From: Patescibacteria group bacterium
GTDB lineage: Bacteria; Patescibacteriota; Patescibacteriia; Magasanikbacterales; GWA2-37-8
Length of the DNA stretch: 64,000 nucleotides
NCBI GenBank assembly: GCA_004321885.1
Contig: SCQK01000004.1
Coordinates: 1-64,000, forward strand
Reading direction: 5' to 3'
In this document: one piece after another, positions 23,918 to 34,483 of the stretch
Position numbering within the stretch: the first letter of the stretch is position 1
Layout of the letters: every line of letters starts with the position of its first letter
Notes under the pieces: generated by a model
Databases searched by the model: none
Seen by the model: only the letters and a program-made list of their open reading frames with translations
Told to the model about the DNA's origin: nothing
Program-made: the position numbers and the translations under genes

Positions 23918-24574
23918 TTGTATATGTTTTACAAAAACATCCCAAAACCCGGCGCTAATTTTAGAGCCAAGACCGGACTAAGCAGTTTTCAAAGAAGAAT
24001 AAAAAGCGCCGCCTTCTATAATTCCGCCAGTCCGCAGGCCGCGCTAAAACTTCATCCAAAAGCCGTTGACGCCCTCATCGGGCAGGTGGCCGCCAAAGAA
24101 AACGTCATCAGGCAAAACAAACTGACTTCCTATCACGTTACTAAAATGCGCGCGAACATTAAAAAAGCCGACCCTACCCTAACCAAAGTCAGCGAGGCGA
24201 TTATTCGTAAAACCCTCACCGGACTCACGGCCCAGGCCGCCAAAGAACAATCCCCGCAAGAAAAAAAGGCAATTATCGCGCGTAATCTGGCGCGGCGGCG
24301 CGAGGCTGATTCCGAACAGCAAAACCAAAACCAGCTTCGCCAGGGCACAATCAGCAGTATGAATAGGCGGTTTATAAAGGGTTCGGCCACTGCGCTCGGA
24401 AGACGTGGATACGAAACCACGCCGGACAAACTCGGTTCTCGCAACGCCACCTATGGCAGTATAGACGCCAAAGTAAAAGCCGCTCAATACGCCAAAAAAG
24501 AAGTCAAGGGTTCGGCGATTGGGCCGGTAAAGCCCTCGGCCAAACGACCGCCTCTCATGGATTTAGCGATTTAG
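23918..24574 (+). CDS. hypothetical basic low-complexity protein
   Basis: 218 aa, rich in K/R/A/Q. No family recognised. Confidence 0.4.
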   Translation: MYMFYKNIPKPGANFRAKTGLSSFQRRIKSAAFYNSASPQAALKLHPKAVDALIGQVAAKENVIRQNKLTSYHVTKMRANIKKADPTLTKVSEAIIRKTLTGLTAQAAKEQSPQEKKAIIARNLARRREADSEQQNQNQLRQGTISSMNRRFIKGSATALGRRGYETTPDKLGSRNATYGSIDAKVKAAQYAKKEVKGSAIGPVKPSAKRPPLMDLAI

Positions 24575-24577
24575 CGC

Positions 24578-25339
24578 ATGCCCAAGCAACCTTATAAAAT
24601 CATTGCTGAAACTGCGGATTATCTGGTGGTGGAAAAACCGGCCGGCCTGTTGACGCATTCCACCGCCAAACGCGAGCCAGACTCACTGGCTGAGTTGTTG
24701 GCAAAAAAATACCCGGAAATGCGCGAGGTGGGCGACTCCCCGGCCGAACGCCCGGGCATTGCGCACCGGCTGGACAAAGAAGCCTCGGGCTTGCTGGCGG
24801 CGGCGCGCACCCAAAAGATGTTTGAACATTTGAAAAAACAGTTCCAGGAACGAACCGTGGAAAAAGAATACATCGCCCTGGTACACGGCAAGGTGGCAAA
24901 AGATGTCGGCGAAATAAACTTCCCCATCGGCCGAGCGACGAACAAGGAGAGGATGGCGGCCAGGCCGTTTACCCCTCCCTCGCCACCACACCAAAAATTT
25001 TGGTGTGGTGGCGAGCCCTCCCCTTCTAAGGGGGAGGGGAAAATGGCCAGCACTGAATTTGAGGTGGAAAAGCGATTCATCAATTTCACCCTATTGCGCG
25101 TCAAAATCCACACCGGCCGCATGCACCAGATTCGCGTTCATTTGCTCGCCTACGGCAACCCGCTCGTCGGCGACCCGCTCTACATCAAAAGAAAACAAAA
25201 GCGCAAATGGGACCAGGCGCTGGGACGACTTTTCTTGCACTGCGTAAAATTAGTGTTCAAAGATTTGAATGGGGCGCCGCGAACATTTACTTCCCCGTTG
25301 CCGCTTGAATTGGAAAATTTTCTTAAAAAAATAAAGTAG
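24578..25339 (+). CDS. RluA-family pseudouridine synthase with ~25-aa in-frame palindromic insert
   Basis: HRLDKEASGLLAAART (catalytic Asp motif) and GRMHQIRVHL. The insert PPSPPHQKFWCGGEPSPSKGEGK is encoded by the nested palindromes at 24979-25040. Confidence 0.8.
   Translation: MPKQPYKIIAETADYLVVEKPAGLLTHSTAKREPDSLAELLAKKYPEMREVGDSPAERPGIAHRLDKEASGLLAAARTQKMFEHLKKQFQERTVEKEYIALVHGKVAKDVGEINFPIGRATNKERMAARPFTPPSPPHQKFWCGGEPSPSKGEGKMASTEFEVEKRFINFTLLRVKIHTGRMHQIRVHLLAYGNPLVGDPLYIKRKQKRKWDQALGRLFLHCVKLVFKDLNGAPRTFTSPLPLELENFLKKIK
24979..25040. repeat. composite palindrome (CCACCACACCAAAAATTTTGGTGTGGTGG + CCCTCCCCTTCTAAGGGGGAGGG) inside the RluA-family CDS
   Basis: The first palindrome is a perfect 29-mer. 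The second is an RPE-like family member. Confidence 0.7.
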
Positions 25340-25340
25340 T

Positions 25341-25925
25341 ATGGGACTTCTCGTCATCATCTCATCTCCCTCGGGCGGCGGCAAAGACTCGGTTATCAAC
25401 GGGTTGCTTAAGATAATTCCCAATTCCGGACGCCTGGTAACCGTTACCTCTCGCCCGCCCCGCCCGGGCAATATGGAGGGAATTGACTACCACTTCATCA
25501 GCCAAAAAGAATTTAAAAAACGGCTAAGCGAAAAATGTTTCTTTGAATATAATATGTATTCAAACCATTATTACGGCACGGACAAACATCTGCTCAACGA
25601 GGCGCTGGCCAAATATGACGTTATATTTTCCCAAATTGAAATAAACGGCAAGCACAATCTGGACAAGGCCGGGGTGAAAAATTTGTCCATATTCTTGATG
25701 CCGGAAAATCTAAACGATTTGCGCCAAAGAATCGCGCGGCGGGGCGGTTTGACGCCGCAACAGATTGAAGAAAGGATGAAAATCGCGGAGAAAGAGATGA
25801 AAGAATCGGCGGATTATGATTTTAGGGTGGTAAATAAAGAAGGAAAGCTGGATAAAACCATAGAGCGGGTAAAAAAGATAATCTTGACAAAAATGAGAAA
25901 AAAAGATAGAATGCCTGGTACTTAA
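25341..25925 (+). CDS. gmk: guanylate kinase
   Basis: P-loop SSPSGGGKDS and TTRPPRPGNMEGIDYHFIS. Confidence 0.85.
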   Translation: MGLLVIISSPSGGGKDSVINGLLKIIPNSGRLVTVTSRPPRPGNMEGIDYHFISQKEFKKRLSEKCFFEYNMYSNHYYGTDKHLLNEALAKYDVIFSQIEINGKHNLDKAGVKNLSIFLMPENLNDLRQRIARRGGLTPQQIEERMKIAEKEMKESADYDFRVVNKEGKLDKTIERVKKIILTKMRKKDRMPGT

Positions 25926-25957
25926 AACAACTGGATTCCCCCGACTAAGTCGGGGGA

Positions 25958-26302
25958 ATGACAATTATGACCGAAACAACCACAAAAGCGGCAGTCTACA
26001 AGCCCGGCATGACCGTGAAGGTGCACCAAAAAATCAGGGAATTAAACGTTAAAGGCGAGGAAAAAGAACGCATTCAGATTTTTGAAGGCATGATTATCGC
26101 GGCCAAGCACGGCAATGAGCCGGGCGCCACCATTACGGTGCGCAAGGTTTCAGGCGGCGTGGGCGTGGAAAAAATTTTCCCGATTCATTCGCCCATCATA
26201 GAGAAAATAGAGGTGGAGCGCGAATACGCGGTGCGGCGCGCCAAACTCCACTATCTGCGCGACCCGAAATTTAAGAGGCGGCTGAAAGAGAAAACGAAGT
26301 AA
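25958..26302 (+). CDS. rplS: 50S ribosomal protein L19
   Basis: [37 protein letters not shown]. Confidence 0.9.
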   Translation: MTIMTETTTKAAVYKPGMTVKVHQKIRELNVKGEEKERIQIFEGMIIAAKHGNEPGATITVRKVSGGVGVEKIFPIHSPIIEKIEVEREYAVRRAKLHYLRDPKFKRRLKEKTK

Positions 26303-26311
26303 ATAAAAAAA

Positions 26312-26389
26312 CTGGCTCCATACTCTGTGTGGAGCCAGTTTGCAATACGGCTCCACAGCCCCGACTAAGTCGGGGACTATGGAGCCAGC
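26312..26389. repeat. REP-like palindromic element (GGCTCCA family), between convergent rplS and uvrA
   Basis: ctggctccatactctgtgtggagccagtttgcaatacggctccacagccccgactaagtcggggactatggagccagc. Confidence 0.75.
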
Positions 26390-26416
26390 TACTGACCAGC
26401 GATTGGGAGCGGGATT

Positions 26417-29341
26417 TTATCCTTTTAAGTACTTCCCGGTCCAGCTTTTTTTGCTCTTCATAATATCACGCGGAGCGCCCGCGGCCACAATCTCTCCGCC
26501 CTTGTCCCCGCCCTCTGGCCCCATGTCTATCACCCAATCGGCTGAACGTATCACGTCCAGATTGTGCTCTATCACCAGCACGGTGTTGCCTTTGGCCACC
26601 AATCTGTTCAACACTTCCAACAAATGTTTTATATCTTCAAAATGCAAGCCAGTGGTGGGTTCGTCCAAAATATATAATGAATGTCCGGACGCGCTGCGCG
26701 ACAGCTCGGCGGACAGCTTTATTCTCTGGGCTTCGCCGCCCGAAACCGTGGTGGCCGGCTGGCCCAGCTGAACATAGCCCAAACCGATTTCGCGCAACAC
26801 GCCCAACTTGCCGGCGATGGGCGGAACGTCGTTAAAAAAAGCAAAGGCCTCGTCTACGGTCATACGCAAGACATCGGCGATATTCTTGTTGCGGTAATGT
26901 ATCTCCAGGGCCTCGCGATTATAGCGGTCTCCGCCGCACTCATTGCACTGCATGTACACGTCGGCCAAAAATTGCATGGGGATGCGCACATAGCCCTCAC
27001 CGGCGCAGGCCTCGCAACGGCCCCCGCCCTTCACGTTAAAACTGAACTTGCCGGCGTCGTAGCCGTTCATTTTGGCTTCGGGCAAACCGGCGAACAAATC
27101 GCGAATCAAAGTAAACAGCCCCGTGTACGTAGCCGGATTACTGCGCGGGGTGCGGCCGATGGGCGACTGGTCCACGGTAATTACTTTGTCAATATTTTCA
27201 ATGCCTTTAATTTTTTTGTGCTCGCCCGGCAAATCTTTGGCCCGATAAAAATGGCGGGCCAGCTGTCTGCCCAAAATATCCACGATGAGCGAAGACTTGC
27301 CCGAACCAGACACGCCGGTCACGCACACGAATTTGCCCAAGGGGATGTCGGCGTCCACATTTTTCAAATTAAAGGCCCTGGCGCCGAGGATAGAAATTTT
27401 TTTGTTGGATTTTTGCAGACGCGCCCCCATTTTTATGGGCAGGACGCCCCGGCCGACTAGATACTTTCCCGTAACCGATTTTTTATTTTTTTTTATCTGT
27501 TGTAAACTGCCGGCCGCCACGATTTCGCCGCCGGAGAGGCCGGCGCCCGGCCCCATATCAATTAAATAATCCGCGCCGGCCATCATAGCGCTGTCGTGCT
27601 CCACCACTATTACAGTGTTGCCCAAATCGCGCAAAAATTTCAGGGCGCCGATGAGTTTGGCGTTGTCTTTGGGATGCAGGCCCACCGAAGGCTCGTCTAA
27701 AATATATATAATGCCGGTAAGGCCCGACGACAGCTGGCCGGCCAAACGCACGCGCGTCACCTCTCCACCCGAGAGCGTGTTCATGGCGCGCCCCAGCGAC
27801 AAGTATCCCAAGCCCACCTCCTGTAAATTTTGCAAGCGCTTGATTGTTTCTTTGATGATGGTTTCACCGTGCTGGGCAAAAACTTTGCCTCCCATCCCCC
27901 ATTTGTCCCCCCCTCTGGCAGAGGAAGAAAGCTTTTCCAAAACCGACACGGCTTGCCCGGCCGACAGCTCGGAAATATCCGCGATGCTGTACTGGCCCAG
28001 CTTCACGGCCAATGACTCCACGCGCAAACGTTTGCCATGGCACAGGGAACACACCTGCTCGCGCATGTACTGTTCTATTTCACCGCGCACATAATCAGAA
28101 TCGGTCTCCAAATGCCGCTGGGTCAGATTGGTAATCACCCCGGAAAAAACGGTTTTCTTTCCGTCTATTTCGTATGTCTCGTTGTCGCCGTACAAAATCA
28201 GCTTCATCTGCGCATCGGAAAGTTCTGCTACTGGCGCATTCAGAGAAAAATCATGTTTCTGCGCGACCGCGGCCAGAATTTTTTGGTACCACGTTTGATT
28301 GCCGGTAATGCGGGTCCAGGGCTGGATAGCGCCCTCGGCCAAAGTAAGCCGCTTGTTAGGCGCCACCAGCTCCGGGTCAACTTCCATGGTCACGCCCAAA
28401 CCAGTACAACGCGGGCAGGCGCCATAAGGGCTGTTAAAACTAAAACTGCGCATGTCAATCGCCGGCATTACTTTGCCGCATTTAGCGCACAGCCCTTCGG
28501 TGGAAAACAACACTTCCCTCCCCCTTTTTAAGGGGAAGGCGGGGTGGGGGTAAGACGCCGCAATCACACTGCCGTTGCTCAAATCCAAGGCCGTCTCCAC
28601 CATTTTGGCGATGTTGGGCTGTTTCTTGGCATTCTGGGTGGAAATATTTCCCACCACCAGTTCCACGTTGTATTTTTTATTGGGCAAAAAACCAAAACGC
28701 GCGAATTCGTTTAGTTTCATCAGCTCGCCGTTTACCCGCACCGTGTCAAAACCCGACTTTTCCACTTTGTCCAGCAATGCGGCATGACTGGGTTCCCCTC
28801 CCCCTTTTAGAGCTTGTCCCGAACTTGTTTCGGGAGGGAGGACAGAGGAGGGGGTATTTGGCGAGGATGGGGTCAATGGAGACAACACCCACACCTCGGA
28901 ACTATTCCGCGTCATCTTTCTCACTTCCTCGGTAATCTGGCCGGGCGTAAACGACATCACTGGCACGCCGCAACCGGGGCAGTATTGCGCGCCCACGCGC
29001 GCGAAGAGCAAACGCAAATAATCGTAAATCTCGGTGATAGTGCCCACGGTGGAACGCGGATTCTGCGAAGAACTTTTCTGGCCGATGGCGATGGTGGGAG
29101 AAAGCCCCTCCACGCTGTCCACGTCCGGCTTGTCGCGCACGTCCATAAACTGGCGCGCGAAAGAAGACAGCGACTCGGCGTAGCGGCGCTGGCCCTCGGC
29201 GTAAATTGTGTCAAAGGCGAGCGAGGATTTTCCCGAACCGGACAAGCCGGTAATCACTACCAGCTTGTTCTTGGGAATTTCCACGTTTATATTCTTCAAG
29301 TTGTGTACTCTCGCCCCTTTGATGATTATTTTATCAGCCAT
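26417..29341 (-). CDS. uvrA: excinuclease ABC subunit A, with two in-frame RPE-like inserts
   Basis: Two ABC ATPase modules ([24 protein letters not shown]) and zinc-finger cysteines. Inserts [12 protein letters not shown] (element 28516-28550) and [31 protein letters not shown] (element 28793-28860). Confidence 0.9.
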   Translation of the reverse strand: MADKIIIKGARVHNLKNINVEIPKNKLVVITGLSGSGKSSLAFDTIYAEGQRRYAESLSSFARQFMDVRDKPDVDSVEGLSPTIAIGQKSSSQNPRSTVGTITEIYDYLRLLFARVGAQYCPGCGVPVMSFTPGQITEEVRKMTRNSSEVWVLSPLTPSSPNTPSSVLPPETSSGQALKGGGEPSHAALLDKVEKSGFDTVRVNGELMKLNEFARFGFLPNKKYNVELVVGNISTQNAKKQPNIAKMVETALDLSNGSVIAASYPHPAFPLKRGREVLFSTEGLCAKCGKVMPAIDMRSFSFNSPYGACPRCTGLGVTMEVDPELVAPNKRLTLAEGAIQPWTRITGNQTWYQKILAAVAQKHDFSLNAPVAELSDAQMKLILYGDNETYEIDGKKTVFSGVITNLTQRHLETDSDYVRGEIEQYMREQVCSLCHGKRLRVESLAVKLGQYSIADISELSAGQAVSVLEKLSSSARGGDKWGMGGKVFAQHGETIIKETIKRLQNLQEVGLGYLSLGRAMNTLSGGEVTRVRLAGQLSSGLTGIIYILDEPSVGLHPKDNAKLIGALKFLRDLGNTVIVVEHDSAMMAGADYLIDMGPGAGLSGGEIVAAGSLQQIKKNKKSVTGKYLVGRGVLPIKMGARLQKSNKKISILGARAFNLKNVDADIPLGKFVCVTGVSGSGKSSLIVDILGRQLARHFYRAKDLPGEHKKIKGIENIDKVITVDQSPIGRTPRSNPATYTGLFTLIRDLFAGLPEAKMNGYDAGKFSFNVKGGGRCEACAGEGYVRIPMQFLADVYMQCNECGGDRYNREALEIHYRNKNIADVLRMTVDEAFAFFNDVPPIAGKLGVLREIGLGYVQLGQPATTVSGGEAQRIKLSAELSRSASGHSLYILDEPTTGLHFEDIKHLLEVLNRLVAKGNTVLVIEHNLDVIRSADWVIDMGPEGGDKGGEIVAAGAPRDIMKSKKSWTGKYLKG
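28793..28860. repeat. RPE-like nested palindrome inside uvrA
   Basis: ttcccctcccccttttagagcttgtcccgaacttgtttcgggagggaggacagaggagggggtatttgg. Confidence 0.65.
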
Positions 29342-29625
29342 ATAATTGCTATCAAGCCATTATATGCACAAAATACGCCCGTGTCAACTTCTGCGCCGAC
29401 AGCCCCATTATATTTCCCAAACCTTAATTATCGGGTAGGAAGCAATTAAATTTTTTCCACATCAAAACACGCGATTTGTAATTCAAAAAATCCCGTCTTT
29501 TCATTATTGAGATTGAAGATATTTATCTCGCTCCATCATTTTCCTTCTTTGCGCCTCAAAACCGATTAACGCTGACAGTAAGTTATCTATGACCACGCTA
29601 CAAGTAACGATAATCTCGCCGTATT

Positions 29626-31128
29626 TCACAATGTTTTGTCTTTCCCCCATGGCAGACAGTCGGTTTTATCCGCCCACCCAAGCACTGATGACATAATCGT
29701 GCCAGCCGTTGCATTATCAATCGCCGGAAATTCGCCTCTATCTATTTTTATATCGCAAAGATAACCTCTTTTTAACTCATCCACGGTTATTAAATATTTT
29801 TTTATTAATGGAAGTACGCCATTAAGGAGTTTAAGCTCGCTATACGAATAAATATAGGAACACGAACAGCGGGCATCCTTGGCGCCTTTGCAATTGTCGT
29901 TTCCCGCGTTCACCAAGGCTTTTGATAAATTCACGCTGCACGAATGCGACCCGGGTCCGGCCTGCCCCACAGCCATCCAATCATCTATGCCCCAAGAAAA
30001 AGGCATTCCTTCCATGAATCTGCCGGTGGCGCCTGACTCGTCGTTCACTTCCACCCCCAGATAAAAACCAACCGGGTCAGCCCCATTTTTACAGATTTTT
30101 TCCACATTTTTCACGGGGAAAATATATGACCTACCTTTTTCATCAACATCTATCTTATCGCCAACCTGCAACAAATTTTTGGCCGTGCCCCCGCTCTCCG
30201 GGTCCTCACAAATAGCTATTAATATTGCGTCGTTATTATTATCCACCACCGGCGCCCCGGCGAGCCCGAGGGTCCCGGGAATCTTGCCGGCCAGCATGCC
30301 GTCAGCGCAGTAATTCGGCTGTTGCTTGTCGCTGGAGCCGACATCAAAGCACACTTTTCCCTTTGGGCAATAATTTCCCCAGCAAGTCGCGGCGCCGCCT
30401 TTTTCCATAAAATACCGGTTGCCGCAATAAAAATTCTTATCATTATCGCTTTCCAGTTTAAGATTGTAATCTGGTTTCTCAATCTTCACCGGCGAAACCT
30501 GGTCCTTGGCCAATGCCGCCACGGAAAATTTTGTGCCCTTGGGAGCCTCCAGACAGTACTGGGGCATGGTTGTCTGCTCTTTTATCATATACACCTGGGG
30601 CAGACGCAAATCCACTGTGGCCGGATTGATGGCGTGCAAAATAAAATACGACATGTAGGCGATGAACAGGCCGATGAGCGCGCCGAAGATGCGCTTTTTG
30701 GCGCTGGTGATGCGCTCGCTGTTTCCGCCCGAGGTTGTCCATTGCACGCCGGCGATGATAATGACAATCACCGCCAGTATGGCCGCTATCTGCAGGGCGT
30801 ACTTATAGAGCATGGCAATGAACTCGCCGACATTCTCAAAATCCTTCCGTCCGCCAAAAGCAATTTGCGTGGTGGTTTTGCCGGCCGGCAGACACATGCC
30901 CCAATCGCCCGCGCAAATCTGCGGATTTTTTACCCAGCCCTGGGCCGCGTCTTTTTTTTCGGCCCCGAATTTAATTCTGACCTGCTCGCATTCGTCTTTT
31001 TTCCAGCACAGCGGATTAAATTCAGGGATTTTACTAACGGCACTACCTTGAGCGAGAGCTGCCAAGGGGGCGACCAGGGATACGAAGAGGAAAATTAAAA
31101 ACAGAAACGCTGGTGTTTTTTTTAGCAT
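29626..31128 (-). CDS. T4SS-pilin-like (TrbC/VirB2-type hairpin) secreted protein fused to a large Cys-rich C-terminal domain
   Basis: Signal peptide, then FIAMLYKYALQIAAILAVIVIIIAGVQWTTSGGNSERITSAKKRIFGALIGLFIAYMSYFILHAINP. This matches the two-helix pilin hairpin with the central (M/W)TSGG motif common in CPR genomes. About 330 further residues carry more than 25 cysteines. Confidence 0.6.
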   Translation of the reverse strand: MLKKTPAFLFLIFLFVSLVAPLAALAQGSAVSKIPEFNPLCWKKDECEQVRIKFGAEKKDAAQGWVKNPQICAGDWGMCLPAGKTTTQIAFGGRKDFENVGEFIAMLYKYALQIAAILAVIVIIIAGVQWTTSGGNSERITSAKKRIFGALIGLFIAYMSYFILHAINPATVDLRLPQVYMIKEQTTMPQYCLEAPKGTKFSVAALAKDQVSPVKIEKPDYNLKLESDNDKNFYCGNRYFMEKGGAATCWGNYCPKGKVCFDVGSSDKQQPNYCADGMLAGKIPGTLGLAGAPVVDNNNDAILIAICEDPESGGTAKNLLQVGDKIDVDEKGRSYIFPVKNVEKICKNGADPVGFYLGVEVNDESGATGRFMEGMPFSWGIDDWMAVGQAGPGSHSCSVNLSKALVNAGNDNCKGAKDARCSCSYIYSYSELKLLNGVLPLIKKYLITVDELKRGYLCDIKIDRGEFPAIDNATAGTIMSSVLGWADKTDCLPWGKDKTL

Positions 31129-31140
31129 AAGACTTTATAA

Positions 31141-31250
31141 AGAATGCTTTAAATTTCCAATTTCCAATCAATGTCCAATGACCAATTACCAATATCCAAT
31201 TTGGACATTTGGATTTTGGCATTGATTTGACATTGGAAATTTGTCATTTG
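31141..31250. repeat. AT-rich CCAAT/ATTGG long palindromic element
   Basis: aaatttccaatttccaatcaatgtccaatgaccaattaccaatatccaatttggacatttggattttggcattgatttgacattggaaattt. Confidence 0.6.
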
Positions 31251-31967
31251 TCATTTCGCCAACACCTTCTCCCACTCGCTCATAGGCACTACGCCTTCCA
31301 CTTTCTCGCTGTTGATAAAAAACGTGGGCGTGCCCTGCACCCCAAATCTAAATCCGTCAGCGTAATCGCGATTCACTTTCACTCCGGTCCGGCCCGAGTC
31401 CACGCATTCTTTTAATTTTTGCGCGTCCAGGTAGGCGGTATCGGCCAAAAACTTGTAATCCTCGCCGGCCAGCTCTTTACTAAACGCGTCTTGATTGGAA
31501 AACAAGGCGTCGTGCGCCTCCCAAAAACGGCCCTGCTCGGCGGCGCAGGCCGCCACTATGGCAAACTTGTTCGCGCCCGGGTGAATTGACTCGGAGGGAA
31601 AAAGCCGGACCGTTAATTTCACTTTGTATCCATATTGGGCCATCATCTGGCGCATTATGGGCGCGGCCATTTTGGAATTTGGGCACTTGAAATCCACAAA
31701 CTCCACAATGGAAATTTTGGCATTGGGATTGCCCAAAAACAGCCCGCCCCCTTCTAACTCGGCTCGGCCCGGCTTGGCCGCGGCGAGCGGCGTTTTTATG
31801 GACCGGTCAAAATTTCCGTAAAATGTCTGCCGCAGTTTCAGCCCCTCGCCATTTTTTATCTGCCGCCAGTACCCAATGGTATAAAAAACAAAAAGCGCCA
31901 AAAACAGCGCCAGCAAAGCGCCCAGCCCCAAAATCACGATAGCCCACCAGTGGTGATACCAACGCAT
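31251..31967 (-). CDS. DsbA-like thioredoxin-fold protein (periplasmic thiol-disulfide oxidoreductase family; active site CPNS)
   Basis: N-terminal TM, ISIVEFVDFKCPNSKMAAP, then a DsbA-like helical insert. Directly upstream of the Cys-rich pilin-like gene. Start set at M19 of the track ORF. Confidence 0.65.
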   Translation of the reverse strand: MRWYHHWWAIVILGLGALLALFLALFVFYTIGYWRQIKNGEGLKLRQTFYGNFDRSIKTPLAAAKPGRAELEGGGLFLGNPNAKISIVEFVDFKCPNSKMAAPIMRQMMAQYGYKVKLTVRLFPSESIHPGANKFAIVAACAAEQGRFWEAHDALFSNQDAFSKELAGEDYKFLADTAYLDAQKLKECVDSGRTGVKVNRDYADGFRFGVQGTPTFFINSEKVEGVVPMSEWEKVLAK

Positions 31968-31974
31968 ATGTTGA

Positions 31975-32100
31975 AATGACCAATTACCAATAACCAATTT
32001 CCAATCAAATCCAAATGCCAAATAACAAACTTGGACATTTTAACTTTGACATTAGGAATTGATTTGATATTAGAAATTTGGATTTTGGCATTTACCGGAT
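31975..32100. repeat. AT-rich CCAAT/ATTGG long palindromic element
   Basis: atgaccaattaccaataaccaatttccaatcaaatccaaatgccaaat...ttggacattttaactttgacattaggaattgatttgatattagaaatttggattttggcattt. Confidence 0.6.
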
Positions 32101-32169
32101 TGTTATATTCTATCATAAATAGTTGACATTTGCCATAAGATATGGTAAAGTATCTCTACCCTAAAAAGT

Positions 32170-32388
32170 ATGTCTTCCCCTGTCTTCAATATCATCCAAG
32201 TGATTTTGGCCGCTTTGCTGGTGGCGGTTATTCTTTTACAACAAAAAGGTTCCGGCCTGTCGGGTGTGTTCGGCGGCTCTTCCAATATCTACAGCACCAA
32301 AAGGGGCGTGGACAAGATTCTGCATTATTCCACCATCGTCATCTCTTCACTTTTTTTCCTGGTCTCGCTGGCGAGACTCACCTTCTAA
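32170..32388 (+). CDS. secG: preprotein translocase subunit SecG
   Basis: MSSPVFNIIQVILAALLVAVILLQQKGSGLSGVFGGSSNIYSTKRG. Two TM helices and a Gly-rich loop. Confidence 0.75.
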   Translation: MSSPVFNIIQVILAALLVAVILLQQKGSGLSGVFGGSSNIYSTKRGVDKILHYSTIVISSLFFLVSLARLTF

Positions 32389-32401
32389 ATACCTTTCTAA
32401 A

Positions 32402-34315
32402 ATGAGTTGGAAATCTACCAAAGATTTTGATAAAAAATTGGTCAACAAAATCAATGCCGCTTTTTGGCCGAGCCGCGCCCAATTCAAATACATTGGCCGG
32501 TTCTTAAATCCGGCCGAGCGCAAAATTATCCGCGCCAGCATTTTTCTCATCGTCCTTTCGGTAGTCGTGCTGGGCGTGTCGTTTTTCATGGCCAACGCGG
32601 TGGCGGTGCCAGCCGAGGGCGGGGCGTACAGCGAAGCGCTCGTGGGCCAGCCCAAGCTGGTCAATCCGCTTTTCACGGCCGCGAGCGACGTGGACGCGGA
32701 CCTGGCCTACCTGATTTATTCCGGCTTGTTCAAGATAGAAGGGCAAAAACCGATTCCAGACCTCGCCAAATCCTACACGGTCAGTAAAGACGGCTTAAAA
32801 TACGACATTGCCTTGCGCGACGACGCGCAGTGGTCCGACGGCGAACCCTTCACGGCCAGCGACGTACTCTATACTTTTGAAATGATTACCGACCCCGAGG
32901 TGGACAGTCCCCTTCTGCCGTCTTTTGCCGGGGCCGGTGTGGAGCAAATTGACGACTATACTGTTCGCTTTACCCTAAAAGAACCATACGCCCCGTTTTT
33001 AAGCGCTTTGGCCGCGGGCATTCTGCCCCAGCACTACTGGTCCGACATCCAGCCGGCTAGCCTCAAGCTGGCGCGCAACAATTTACAGCCCATTGGCACG
33101 GGCCCGTGGCAGTTTTCCAAGCTGACCAAAGACGAAATCGGCAACATCCAAACCTATTCCCTGTCGCGCAACGAGAATTATTACGGCCAAAAACCCTATC
33201 TCAAAAATTTGGTTTTCAAATTTTACGCGGACCAAATTCAGGCGCTCGGCGCCCTGAAAAGCCAGGAAGCGGACGCGCTGGCCTTTATTCCAAAAAGCGC
33301 CAAAGACAAAGTGCCGGGCAAGGTCTATAATTTTTACAGTTTCAAATTGCCCCAGTACACGGCGCTGTTTTTAAACCAGGAACAGAACGGGGCTCTAACA
33401 GACAACGATTTGCGCGAGGCCCTGGACCTGGCCATAGACAAAGACGCGCTCTTGCGCGAGGCGCTTGGCGGGGCGGCTGAGCCGGCGAGCTCACCGTTTT
33501 TGCCGGGCACGACCGGGTACAACAGCGAAATAAAATATCCGGCGTGGAGCCGCGACGAGGCGAACAAAAAACTGGATAAAAAATGGAAAAGAATCCAGCC
33601 CGAACAATATTTCAAAACCCAATACGAAAAGGCCCTTAAAGACAGACAGGAGGAGATTGACCGAATTAAAAACAGCACCTCCACCCCCGATGCCACCTCC
33701 ACCATCAAATTGATAGAGGAAGAGGCGGCCAGCGCCATAAGAGAGGAGATGCAGGCAGACCAGCCATACTACCGCAAAGACAAGGACGACAATATTTTGG
33801 CTCTGGTTATTACCACGGCCGATACGCCGGAATACAAAGAGGCGGGAGAATTCGTGGCCAGAATGTGGCGGGCCGTGGGAGCGCAAACCAGCGTGCGCCT
33901 GGCCAGCAGTCTGGAACTGACCAAAGATATTTTGAAAACCCGCGACTATCAAATCCTGCTTTACGGCGAAATCGTGGGCAGCGACCCGGACCCGTATCCG
34001 TTTTGGCATTCCTCGCAGACCAGCTACCCGGGGCTGAACCTGGCGCTTTTCGCGGATAGAAACGCGGACAAAATTCTGGAAGAGGCGCGGGGCAAGGCCG
34101 AGCCGGAAAAACGGGTTGAGCTTTACAAAAAATTCCAGGAGATTCTATTCAAAGAAAAACCGGCCATATTCCTTTACGCTCCCACCTACGAGCTGGCCGC
34201 GAATAAAAATATAAGAGGAATTTCCCTAAACCAGATTTCCAATCCGCCGGAACGATTCGCGGATTTAAAAAATTGGTACGTGAAAATGAAAAGGAAGTGG
34301 AAGTTTGGAAAATAA
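32402..34315 (+). CDS. ABC transporter substrate-binding protein, family 5 (oligopeptide/nickel-binding-like)
   Basis: N-terminal TM, then DLAKSYTVSKDGLKYDIALRDDAQWSDGEPFTASDVLYTFE, typical of SBP_bac_5. The track ORF start at 32264 overlaps secG and is rejected. Confidence 0.75.
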   Translation: MSWKSTKDFDKKLVNKINAAFWPSRAQFKYIGRFLNPAERKIIRASIFLIVLSVVVLGVSFFMANAVAVPAEGGAYSEALVGQPKLVNPLFTAASDVDADLAYLIYSGLFKIEGQKPIPDLAKSYTVSKDGLKYDIALRDDAQWSDGEPFTASDVLYTFEMITDPEVDSPLLPSFAGAGVEQIDDYTVRFTLKEPYAPFLSALAAGILPQHYWSDIQPASLKLARNNLQPIGTGPWQFSKLTKDEIGNIQTYSLSRNENYYGQKPYLKNLVFKFYADQIQALGALKSQEADALAFIPKSAKDKVPGKVYNFYSFKLPQYTALFLNQEQNGALTDNDLREALDLAIDKDALLREALGGAAEPASSPFLPGTTGYNSEIKYPAWSRDEANKKLDKKWKRIQPEQYFKTQYEKALKDRQEEIDRIKNSTSTPDATSTIKLIEEEAASAIREEMQADQPYYRKDKDDNILALVITTADTPEYKEAGEFVARMWRAVGAQTSVRLASSLELTKDILKTRDYQILLYGEIVGSDPDPYPFWHSSQTSYPGLNLALFADRNADKILEEARGKAEPEKRVELYKKFQEILFKEKPAIFLYAPTYELAANKNIRGISLNQISNPPERFADLKNWYVKMKRKWKFGK

Positions 34316-34320
34316 TCCAC

Positions 34321-34404
34321 GCCGGGGTGGTGAAATTGGTAGACACGCTAGCTTCAGGAGCTAGTTCTCGCAAGGGAATGGAGGTTCGAGTCCTCTCCCC
34401 GGCA
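34321..34404 (+). tRNA. tRNA-Leu (anticodon CAG), long variable arm
   Basis: Acceptor GCCGGGG/CCCCGGC, D-arm TGGTGAAATTGGTAGACACG, anticodon stem CTAGC/GCTAG with loop TTCAGGA, long variable arm, T-arm GAGGTTCGAGTCCTC. Confidence 0.7.
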
Positions 34405-34483
34405 CAACTTGGAGGTTCGTCCGGTCATACGACCGGACGCCCAGTCAAATGACTGGGCGAGTCCCTCCTTGCCCACGTCTTTT

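Noticed and set aside
32264-32401. Upstream extension of the substrate-binding protein ORF overlapping secG
   Set aside because: It overlaps the SecG coding frame and has no signal-peptide logic. The start was moved to ATG 32402 (MSWKSTKDF...).
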